A stretch of DNA of 56,193 bases, filler included, from Sphacelaria rigidula (taxonomy: Eukaryota), in the NCBI GenBank assembly GCA_964200075.2. It is 5 parts of 5 records of this genome, joined end to end, with 100 filler letters (N's around TTAATTAATTAA, not from the genome) between each part and the next. Parts side by side here need not be neighbours in the genome. Positions count along the whole stretch, not along the records: positions 33,778 to 44,935 come from CAXNAA020005308.1; positions 45,036 to 56,193 come from CAXNAA020005309.1; 3 more parts are not named here. The stretch is one strand, 5' to 3'. Under the pieces are notes generated by a model. That model was not told the DNA's origin. It saw only the letters and a program-made list of their open reading frames with translations, and made no database searches. Positions 36,483-47,417 of the stretch are shown in pieces; position 1 is the first letter of the stretch; each line of letters begins with the position of its first letter. The position numbers were made by a program, and so were the translations under genes.

Positions 36483-37338
36483 GTTAAATTCGACCGGAAA
36501 ATCAACTATAATCATGATTAGTTCATTAATTTACGTGCTGTTGATTAGCTCATTTATATCAACTAATCATGACTAAATCAAGCCAATTCGGAAGAAAAAA
36601 ATCAAGTACAGTATCAAATCAACCCCTAAATACGGTTGATACGAGCACGCAACCCCAAGCATGTACCGTCTGTGCTTTCGGTATAAAAGTAAACAAGAAC
36701 GGGTTCACCAGTTCGTTTAGCCTTTTCGATCCAATGCGTGCAACTTCGCTCGGACCCAGACACAGCGAAATGAACTGAATCAATTCTGCCGCACGAACTC
36801 GTTCGAGGTGAAGAAAATGATAAGACACGGCCTCATACCGTCGATTCCGGATGCCAGTCTACATCTTCCGGTATACGTGGGTGCTTCCGCCGGGGTCAAA
36901 CAGGAATAAGGTCACCGCAAAAGCTTTTATTATTCTCAAACCACACCGATATCGTCATGTAAAAGTTTTTCAAACGGAACGAAAAGAAGCGCCGCGTCTC
37001 CAGCCTGCCTTGCCGAATAGATGAGAATATTTACATTTTAGCCCTGCTGGATGAACTCGAATACTACCCCTACATGACGCTTCTCAGTGAGAGGAGCGCG
37101 TCGATCTGCTAGGACTGCACCAATAACTCTCAAACGACACCCCCTGCCCAACGTGCAGCAGCGCAGCAGTGGCGAATGTTGAATCTGGCAAAAACAACGC
37201 ATATAAAAACTTCGTGTGTTGTCAACAAACTAGAGCAGGCGGACGTGCGGCGTGTGTTGTCAATAGAATTGAACCTGGTATGTGAAAACTTCGAATCCAA
37301 AACACCGATGAACTACGCCACACTCAAGTGATGCTCAC

Positions 37339-37564
37339 CGTGCTTAGGCGGTGTAAGACCATACGCCCGCTTAGTTTTGTTCCCGCCCTGGTTGGGGGTC
37401 AATCGGAGTCCTGTTGTCACGGGCGGCTCCTTACTATCTGGTCGAACACTCTTGAGATGATATAACAGCGTCTTCTTGGTGACGCCATTGCACAACAGGA
37501 CGGACAAGATGCCCAATGCAGCCACGGTAAGCGAGACTGGGACACATCGGTTTGGCCACACCAT
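37339..37564 (-). CDS. Probable first exon of a signal-anchored (type II membrane) protein
   Basis: ACCATGG start, hydrophobic VPVSLTVAALGILSVLL, donor G|GTGAGC. CAG/CAA microsatellite in the putative 5' UTR. Downstream exons unresolved. Confidence 0.4.
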
Positions 37565-37624
37565 GGTGTTGTTGATACTGATAAGTTGATGCTGCTATCA
37601 CCACTGGTGCTAGTAATTCTTCTT

Positions 37625-37704
37625 CTGCTGCTGCTGCTGCTGTTCTTGTGTTGTTGATGGTGTTGTTGTTGTTGTTGTTACTGCTGCTGCTGCTGCTGCT
37701 GCTG
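37625..37704. repeat. Compound (CTG)n/(TTG)n microsatellite
   Basis: Visible trinucleotide runs. Confidence 0.9.
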
Positions 37705-38533
37705 CGACTTTGTCGAGCTACTCGTGAATCAGTCAATCAATCACTGTCTGTAGACTCTGCTTCATAATATCATAATATCCTTTTCCTTTTTTCACCCATA
37801 ATCACGAATGCATAATAACGGAGCGGTAAACGGCACAAATTTCATAGGTACTGGTCGCTACGTAATAATTAAACGAAATGAGCTATTTTCCTGTTGTTTT
37901 CCATTATTCTTGAACGGATTTAATTCACCCGGAATTCTTGTGTTGGTGGACACACGTCGCTATTGAAGCCCTATGTACCGCAGAGAGGTCAACACGATTG
38001 AGTTGTTTGGGAAGGGTTGTATCCAGGCGCGGTCTGGGCTCTATTTCCCTCTGCTAGCTGGATACAGCCCAGGACAGATCATCGAGCACCACGTATTTCT
38101 TTCTCCAGGAATGGCCCATCAGGATGCACTTACGATTTTCATGTTGTACGCAAGGGGGTTAGACGGTATAGTAACTCGTGGGTTGAGGCGAAGTTAGAAT
38201 ACGTCGTACACATCTACCTGCCTGCCGCACGGAACAAGGTCCAGTGGCCTGATCCCAGCCGGCATAAAATGCGCGCTCTAATGCAATTATGCGGTTGACC
38301 ATTATTGGACGGGCCTTTCACTCACCAGGAGTAAACCTGTGGTTTTGCACGCAGGGGGCACTTGTGAATCGGCGCCATTCTCGGTCGTTTTCGGGTGAAA
38401 ATGGTGCCGATTCAATGAAGGCTCTCCATCCTGCGTGGTCATCAACTCCGGCCCATAGTAAACGGTTCAAATAGGCATTGCCCGGTATATTATTGTGAAC
38501 CTCGATGTGGGAACCCATGGACGATTTTTTTTT

Positions 38534-38625
38534 GTGAATCGGCATCATTTCGAGTTGAAAATGACTGAAAATGATGCCGATTCACAGAAATAAAAATCGC
38601 GTCAACGGGTTCCAGAAGGGTTTAA
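38534..38625. mobile_element. piggyBac-like right end with GTGAATCGGCATCATTT hairpin
   Basis: Shares the inverted motif and GAAGGG-(T)TTAA end with 49280-49401. Related hairpin at 38363-38414. Confidence 0.5.
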
Positions 38626-39465
38626 TCCTTTTGGAATTCGTGATAAACACTACAAACTCCGCTCCGCACCGCCCCAGGGTTCCTGCATTCGCTAATGCCA
38701 CTCCGCCCATGTGATAACAGGATGACTGCCAAGCGTCCGGTAGCTGGCTGCGCTGCATGGTCGGGGCATTGCTGATGGCTCATCATCACAGATATGTTCA
38801 CAGTTCACAAAGGATGCGCACGCTTCCCTTTCTAGCATACACTCGCACCTGCATAATTATTAGCGTTTTTGTTCGAAACGACGCATGTCCCATCGCATCG
38901 GGTGTTTGGGTAAGGATTTGTGGGTATGTGCTATGTCGATATTGTTCTGCTTGGTATGACTTGCACACGCACAAGATTCCTTCCACACGCGCTAGATTTT
39001 CTACCGCGACCGTACAGCCACGGCAAATTGCAAACACCCTTCAGGCTTCAGGCTTTCAGGCTTTACATGACTTGTCACGTAGGATACCACCCTGGTAGCG
39101 TATCAGGACTGTGCAACGAAATACGAGTGTGAAACTCTCGCGCCACGGCGCGTCTCTGCATTTGCTGTTCCACCCTCGCTGGTGATACACTGACACAGTC
39201 CGAAGCGTTCACCCTCACGGTCGAAATAATGGCTAACTAGTGATGTACAGTAGTACAGTTCTACTCCAGCTGTCGATAGTAACTCCATCTCGACTCTATA
39301 CTACTGTTGTACTGTTGTAGTCAAGGGGGATGACATATCTATCATGGTAGATATCTCATACCCTTTGGTTGTAGTAGACAATCACACGTTGCCTTCACAT
39401 CAGCCCCTTTGTGCAGACCCGTGGCCGGACGCCAACTTCGCGGGCAGTGAAATAATCTCACTCAC

Positions 39466-40738
39466 GTGGTGCTGACGCACAGGCGGGCCTTGGATGGTGA
39501 AGGCACTGCCCCGTTGCGCGTACTGGCGAAGGAACGGGAAGAACAAAGGCTTTCTCAACGTACTTTCCTCACTACCGACACAAAGGAAGATCCATCTATA
39601 ATTTAGTATACCCTAGTGTGACAGTACGGTACCGTACAGTGAGCAGGATTTTGTGTTTAAATTTGACAGTTGCAGAACCAGGAAGGACTTGCCCGTACGG
39701 TCAAAGTAATCACCGACCAGTAAATATAGCACAGCATGGCACAGTACCGCTACGGACAGTCAGTCGTGAGTACACGAGCACGTATTGTCTTCCCATCAGC
39801 CGTTTCATTCAGACCGGCGGCCGAACATTGAATCCAGAGACAGCGAAACCTCGTTGGTTTTTGGCTGCGAAGACAGCGAAAACTCGTCAGTTATGAGCTG
39901 CTCACATACAGGCGGGCCGTGGGCGGTGAAGGTATTCCTCATTTGTGCATAGTGTTGAAGAAGCAGGGGGAAAAGCCTTTCCTCTTCCCCATTATCGACA
40001 GGCGGGGGTGGGCAGGGTACCGGCCTGAAGTTGATGAAGTCCTTTCCTCGAACGTGTTGATTTGGTTCATTTATCACACATTAACCAATCCGCTACGAAC
40101 CCAGCCATGTTCACAAGACGGCCGTAATGAACCAAATAGGAAACACGACCCAGAGGAAAGAAAAATATAAGCCATCGACTACAGAGAAAGAGCAGGGGAA
40201 AACAAATGACAACTAAAAGTCACAACCAAAATCAGGATAAAAGTCGAAGTAAAATAAAAAGAGCAACGGAAACGAAGCCAAGAAACACGCGACTAACTAT
40301 CCGAGGTTATGAGAGAAGCCAAGAACGCAAACAGGACGAGGCCGTTTATGAAGTGAGGCCGATAAAGCAATACGTGAACAGTTCTCCCCGTGTGTGCGTC
40401 GTCACGTCGCCCCCCCCTCCCCTCCGCGAGGCCATATTAGGGAGTGGTGAGGTATGTAAGCAGCATATTGCCGAATGCGTCGAAGGACCTCACCACGGCG
40501 AACTACAAAAGCATTTTCCATAGGTCTACAATTCACTGCAGCAAGGTATCTGACGATCTGTGGAGTGATCCTTGGTGCGTCCAAGCATCAAGTCTGATGA
40601 GCGCCGCTTGATGGAGACGTTCTCCAACTCGTTTAACAAGGTCGTGGTGAACGTGAACGCGTCGAAAGTCATACTGATGAGGCTAGCAAATACTTCAGAA
40701 GCTTTGAGTGGTGCTGCTCGTGCACGTCCAGGTTCGCC
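39466..40738 (-). CDS. Possible exons of an unknown (perhaps decayed) gene
   Basis: Phase-compatible exons 40738-40675 (ANLDVHEQHHSKLLKYLLASS) and 40557-40494 (IVRYLAAVNCRPMENAFVVRR), then two similar segments near 39900-40045 and 39466-39570. Confidence 0.35.
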
Positions 40739-42854
40739 CTGAGCAATCAACTGCAACTACTGTGCCCGGCATACTTCTCGCGGCACTCCTCATTGCGATT
40801 TCTCTCGTGAGGCTCATCGGATCCGAGAAACATCCCGCTCGTCGAAACGGATTATGGGTGGGGTTCGCCAACACTCGACTCTCAACAGGAGTTAAATGAA
40901 ATGCCGTAGCAGGGCATCACACCGTCGTCGTTCGTCCCACCTCCCCCGGAATCTGCGGACAATGCGATATGCAGTGCTTTCACAGAATGTTCCGCCACCC
41001 AACCCCCTACTCCGACACGGACGAAGTGCTCTGCGATGGTAAAACACACAACCAAACATGGGAGTAGCGATCAGCGCACGCAGCAGTATGGCACGTGATG
41101 ATGACAGTGGTGGTCAGACGCGACATAGCCCGGAGTCTGATACCACCCCGATTACGGCGATCGACAACAACTAGTCCGCGGAAACATGAAGTGGGAAGAA
41201 CACGTCGCAAAAGGAACTTTTTTGAAGAGTAAGAGGGGCGGGGAGCGAGGTGTAAAGAGGACGTACAGAAGGCGTCAAAATGAAAAATTACCTCCGGGCC
41301 CGCGGAAGGCCGAAGCGCTTTGTTACTGAACCTTAGAATATGTGTAAAAGAGTACTACTCCCGTAGAATAAAAGGCGTTGTCGTCCCACTTGCACAGCGA
41401 TAACGCTCGTCATTCCGGCCACCTCCAGCCTGAAGACCATCTGCGATATCCTCAACTTTCAACTGGCGATTTCAGTGCGAACATCACGCCGGGGGGAGGC
41501 GGGGAGAAAGGCGGCGAAGGGTGAATATCATCAGATAAATAGCTTGAGAATTTCAGAAAGAAGCTGCGAGGGTGAAGAAATATTTTCATTATCAGAGATG
41601 AATTATCTGCATGACGCAAACTACTTGCATCAATACCGCAGAGCCTCCAGCCAACCCTCTACCGAAAAAAGGATAGCCAAACTAGAGAGAATAGAACCCG
41701 TTGTTACAACTCCAACACGACATAGCCCAACCACTATCGAAACGTACGTAAATCTATCACGGGCCTCAACGATAAAGCGAATAGTGACTAGGGGTAGCAT
41801 AGCAGCGACAACACATGCCGCAAAATCGCTGAAAAGCACGTGGAACGTACCAGCTTTTCACTCGAAGACTAAATATTTCAAGGATCGGTCCGATAGCGAA
41901 TGTCCAATATCCTAAATACTCACTTCTTGGCGAGTCATTGCGATCGTACTTCACCATCACCACCTTGGAATGCTTACCGCGTGATACAGTAGTTTGTCAT
42001 GGCTTCTGCCAGCGCGCAGAAGCTGCTGCTATTATGGTCTCGGAATAGCGCTTGGAATAGCACCCGTGCCCTCCAGGGTAGGACAGTTTATGTGGGCCCA
42101 CCCACTCTCCGGCTGCTGATCGACAAAGACTTGTGGACTGTCGCACCGCAAACCAGCTAGTTTATCCAATGCGTAGCAACACCGGGACGCACGCTGCTTC
42201 CGCCTCTTTCACGTAGCTTTCTATCATCTGTACATGGATTTTCGCCACTCCCCCATCATTTCTAACAGCTCCCATAGCACGCATTGCGTCCTCATTGCTG
42301 GCGAACACCGGCGTCGACCCTTTCTTGCTGCTTGTACTGCTTCTACATGACCGCACACAGATCATTCGGTGTCATCCCAGGCCGTGTGCACGGCGTGCCC
42401 CACTCTGCAGCATGCCACCAATGGAAAATATAAATTGTTTGAAGGTTATTTTTGCAATTCTGGCACTACAGACGAGGACGGGTTGAAACCTACGCACGGC
42501 ATCTCACGCATTCATGATACTGGGTACACGAGCCGCATAATCAGCCGATTCGAGGCCTTTACTGCTCACCCGAGGCAATCGGTCCGAGAGCATAGCATGC
42601 GGGCACCATTCTCGACCACAGCCGCACACATCAAGTTTGTCGATTTCGACACGGAGTACGTTATGCCTCCGTTGCGCCCCATTGGAAACAGGAATACTTT
42701 CTGCCGAGCCCTGCTCCTGTTGGCGATCCTTGCAGTGCACCAAGTGGGATTTTTTCCGACGTATACCAGCTTTCCTGTATGTATCTCGACTTACATAAAT
42801 GCCGTTTCCACGGATAGGAAGAGGGATGGGCGGAGGGGGTAGGGGAGAGGGGGG

Positions 42855-43430
42855 ATTACTCGTGATCGTGCATGCCATAGTCTTGAGGCCGTTAACCTCG
42901 CATCCCTACAACGCCGGGACGCAGCACGCCGGGTTTTCGCCGAACCAGGCTCGCCATCAATCGCCAAGCGCGAAGCGCCGTAGTGTGCTCGGCAAGTCGC
43001 ATGGAGGGTGAGCTGCATCCTGCTAAGATGGTTCGGCCCGAAGCCTACTAAATATCTCGCACTTGGATGACAGCCTCCAATGAGTTGCTTTATTTTCTGG
43101 TATCACCACTTCCTGAGACAGCAACGGCTTATACACCGTCTCATGGGTGTCTAACCAACTGAACACAACGTAGTACAATCATCTCATTTGCGTGGAATCG
43201 GGGTTCTCTCACCCCGCACAATATGACCTAGCTCGACCACCATCATCGTTATCGCAAAAACAAGAACCCCAAGCGCTCAATACAAATCGGTAACTCGGTT
43301 GCCTGGCTTACGCATATTGAGTGGCGTGTTTTACAACATCATCGCCAACCCACGTAATCCCGTAGGGGGTCCGCCCCTATAAAGCCGGGATGGAGCACGC
43401 CGGGTTTCCGTCGGACCAGGCTAAAGATAG
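42855..43430 (-). mobile_element. Family B retroposon, apparently full length (~575 bp)
   Basis: Matches 1-479 and 17284-17590. Internal ~48-bp direct repeat (42904-42951, 43375-43422). G-rich flanks on both sides. Confidence 0.8.
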
Positions 43431-43826
43431 GTGGGGGAGTTGAGCGACAGGCTGTCATCGAACATTTTGCGACCGACTCAGCGAACCCCAAACAAACACC
43501 GTCCTGCAGCTGCTGGATCGTGTGCATTTGAGGATATGAGCACCTGCCCTGCACACACTATTTTCACCATTCATGTTGCCCACATTCTCATTATTTTGTC
43601 ATTTTTCGTTAGTCGCTTGTTGTAGTAGCAGTAGCAGCAGCAGCAGTATAATCAGTATATCCCATGATTAATTGATTGGCCATACATCTCTACTCAATTA
43701 ATTGATTGTGTTGGTGATTAAACACAAAGTAATAAGTTGTTGCTTGTTTGTGGTTGATGTGTTGGGCTTTGTTTCGTTTTTTTCATGTGATCATATCATT
43801 TCTTCATTGAAAGGCAGTGCACCTAA

Positions 43827-44083
43827 GAGCAATGCTACGGTAGGGGTGCCCTTTTTTCGCGAAATTATGTCTAGTTCAGGGGCTCCTAACGATTCTAGAT
43901 GCACGAGAATATGGATCAGGGCATCCCCGTTTGCAAATTTATTCGGGATATCTCTAGCACACTGGAAAAGTAATCCTGGCGTACTTTCAAATATTTTCAT
44001 AGGTCGTGTTTTGCATGAGGTAAAGGGCTCCTAACAATTCCAGCCTCAGAAAATATTTCTGCACCCCTACCGTAGCATCACTC
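43827..44083. mobile_element. Sola-like MITE (GAG..CTC, 4-bp TSD CTAA)
   Basis: TIR GAGCAATGCTACGGTAGGGGTGC / GCACCCCTACCGTAGCATCACTC, with CTAA on both sides. Confidence 0.85.
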
Positions 44084-44751
44084 CTAACCCAGTCCCTAAC
44101 CTTGATAAATTCTGCGATAAATGTGTATAAAATAAATATGAAACTCAACTGTTGATTAATAACCAACTAATACCTTGTTTTTGGTTGGTGTTATGTGTGT
44201 ATTTATTTGTTCTCGTTTTTCCCCCGACGATTGGTTATTTTTGGGTAAGTGGGACGCTACATAGTGTCGGGGAGAGTCTGGAGCACAATAGTCACAAAAC
44301 CCAACGTTTATTGCTCGGGCACGACGGCGTCCTATCCTCCTCGTCGTGTGCGTGGCAAGCCCAAGCCTGCAGACCTTCGTTGGTCGCCGGATACACCTTC
44401 ATGCAACAAAAACACGGCCACCGCAGGCACCCGTATTTACTTCGCCTGTGCAAAAGACCTGTGTGGAAGACACGGGAGTGACCTCTACATCGCCGCATCG
44501 TACGACAACTGTGGCAACAGCAATGGGCGGCCACCATCTCTCTGTCGTCATCCGTGGCCGTCCCCGCACTACCTCGCCGCCACTCCGTGCGCCCCCCCCC
44601 GCCCGTTGTTCCTCCACAATCCCAGATCGGGTGCCGTCAGCGGGCTGGCCATTGGCGGAGAGGCGACCTCCGGTGCTTGCGACCTCGTCTCTGCCGCATT
44701 CTCCCCCCACCGTGGATCTTGTTGCAAACCCGTCCACCCCCGAGAGGTATC

Positions 44752-44819
44752 AGTGCTCCGTCTCGAAAGGGATGCGTGGTCAATGGTCAAATGACTAAGG
44801 CAAGCAACAAATGAGTACG
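44752..44819 (+). mobile_element. 68-bp 5'-truncated LINE family A with perfect 15-bp TSD
   Basis: CCCCCGAGAGGTATC at 44737-44751 and 44820-44834. Insert ends AAATGAGTACG with no poly(A). Confidence 0.9.
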
Positions 44820-44877
44820 CCCCCGAGAGGTATCGTGAAAGCAAGATACCTGGAGACGGCAGATGATGCCCACCCCC

Positions 44878-44935
44878 ATAGCCTGGTCGGTGAGAACCCG
44901 GCGTGCTCCGTCCCGGCTATGTAGGGGCGGACCCC
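44878..44935 (+). mobile_element. 5' end of family B retroposon, cut by the contig end
   Basis: TAGCCTGGTCGGTGAGAACCCGGCGTGCTCCGTCCCGG is the reverse complement of 43366-43424; preceded by a C-run. Confidence 0.75.
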
Positions 44936-45035
44936 NNNNNNNNNNNNNNNNNNNNNNNNNNNNNNNNNNNNNNNNNNNNTTAATTAATTAANNNNNNNNN
45001 NNNNNNNNNNNNNNNNNNNNNNNNNNNNNNNNNNN
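44936..45035. other. Artificial contig linker
   Basis: N-TTAATTAATTAA-N spacer. Confidence 0.97.
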
Positions 45036-47417
45036 CTTCTCTCTCTGGTGATCTCGTCATCGACACGCGTGTACACCGCATTCGTTAGGTGCACCTAGCC
45101 ACAGCTGCTTAACTGCTGCGGACATTTGGGAAGGGGAAATGGCTTCGCTCGGTCGTGAGTATTTCGCGTCAATACTGCAAAAAGGAAATGCCACTTCAAC
45201 CTTATTTTTGAGAACGACCCCATTCTCCACGATCCATTGTTTCTCGTTCCTCGCGAAACGTATCTCGCCCCAGCTTGTACCGAATGACCTCCTCGCAAAT
45301 GGGAATTCTCGAAAGCTACCGCGACACACGCAGCGGGTGGGCGGGTGCTCTTCTAGATTTCAGCATGGAGGCACCGCCATGTGCCACGCCAGCAACAGTT
45401 GGGTCACCACCATAACAGCCGATTCTAATCGGTGGGGTTGAACAATAAAATGGGGTTTCACCCCAAGTCGAAAAATCGAGAATTCACGCCAAACACCATC
45501 ACCATGGGAAGCGTATTCGAAAGCAGAGTTTCCGTTTCACTTACGCCGGTGTGGTTAGGTACACCAGAAGAATGCCGTGCACACGCGTGTCGATGACGAT
45601 ATCACAAGAGGAGCAACGGCGGAGAGGAAGCTTCTCGCCGGTGTCCTCTGTGTGTGCTCGTTCGGCATTTCCCAATCGCTGCCAAGATTGGTGTCACGTA
45701 TAGTACCAGCACATGCCCAACTTGCAATGTGTAGGCAGGCGGGTAGCACAGCCGCGGTGACAAGATCGCGGGATGCCCCCGTTGTTATCTTCTATTTGTA
45801 GCGCTGACCAGTGCAAATATCTATTTCTCTCCACCTCTCTGCTTGGACAGGAAGTGCCTGTGTGCGCAGTAGAACACGTTGTGCAAAAGCAGGGTGATGT
45901 TCCGGTCACCAGTATTGTTCTCTCACGCACACGTGCGAGCAAGGACGGCTGAGTCCTTGCGGCAAGATCTCATAATCGGAAGCTGGGGGGTGTTATTGCT
46001 GTGCTTGATATCACCCGCCGTCTGCAAAACAAGGAGAACAGCCTTCGCGATACTTCATACCAAAATTTCAAAGCACAACTCTCAAAACTGACACGCGAAA
46101 TCCAGACTTGATGTATTTAGTGCCTCTGCTCCAAACAATATTGAGTTCAGTATGGAACCTTATTTGCGCCATATCTTCACATGAAGTAGGTGAAGGTGAG
46201 GGTATGGATCGTTTCCTCGTGCTTCAGGGAATTTTCACAACGAAAATCACCATCATCTACCGTACATAGACTCACGTATCAAGAGATCTCCGTAGGTTCT
46301 AGGATTCACTCGACATAGTGTTTAATCAACGAAAACAAAAATGCCCGGACCGTAGAGAAGATGGCCATCTACCCCTTAATTGGACGATCATTAAGAACAA
46401 AATGTGCGGACTACGGCCCAATTCGTCCGCGTCGATGAGATGTGGCTGTGAGCTCAAATCAGTTTCTAGACGGGCCCAGCTCGTACACAATTTCCACCTC
46501 AGTTCTCCACATAGAAAAATCGCGCTACCATGGTCTAGGATCTCGTGTTGGATGTCAATTGAATATAACGGTAAAACCCGCCTTTTAGGTGCTTTGAAGT
46601 AGCGACGACCGTATCAGGTTTTAGGCATCTAATGTAACACCCAGCGGTAAAATTCCATCCCCAAATGTCATGTTTTTCTTATTCAGTGATACAACAAACT
46701 CAAGCGAATAATCCGTGTCAAAAATGAATCATGTAACATTGTGGAATCATGATCGATGTGTACTTCAGAGGGTTCTTGCTCCATGCCGTCACACGGTATG
46801 ACACGTATTGGAATGATCTGTTGCCAAAATCAGAAAGGTACCAAGACACTACAAAAGCACGCCGAAAAAGATCACCTCGTGGAGTGAGAAGCTGATACAC
46901 GTCGAACCGCTCATGAGCTACCTGAATATTACTCATATCAGTGTACCGATCCGGATCATGACCTAGCTCATTCGGCCCCTTTTACCGACTGTTCTCCCTA
47001 CAGCGCTGGAAGGCGAGCACTCGGAGGACCACAAAGGTAGCGTTTTGACTTCTCGGATCCTGCCGCCACCTACGTCGTGTTTTTTTACAAGGAGAACTGG
47101 GAGTCCTCTTCGGTTTGTTACTCTAGGTAGCTCACAAGCTGTCCCACGCGTGGAAGCTTACCAGGCTGAACGGCGGTAGAACAACACGCGTCGTGAACCT
47201 CGTCTCTCCCCCGTGTTCTCTCTCGATAACAAATACGAAAGGAGAAACACAGGTTGGATCGTCAACAAGTCTTGTCGTGCATTCCCTCGAGTTAGTTATG
47301 CAAAGAAAAAAAACGCTGCTCATCAAAACGTACCATGACCATCCATATTTTGACCGCCTCAACAACACAGGTGCACACACACAAAAACGAAAGAGGAAAA
47401 AAAAAATCAACGAAGAA

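Noticed and set aside
38070-38125. PH-domain-like SWRKKYVVLDD on the minus strand
   Set aside because: Short, flanked by stops, and no consistent exon structure.
11160-45035. Regularly spaced TTAATTAATTAA motifs, and any synteny across them
   Set aside because: Embedded in N-runs at equal ~11.26-kb spacing. These are artificial joins of similar-length contigs, so neighbours across them are unrelated.
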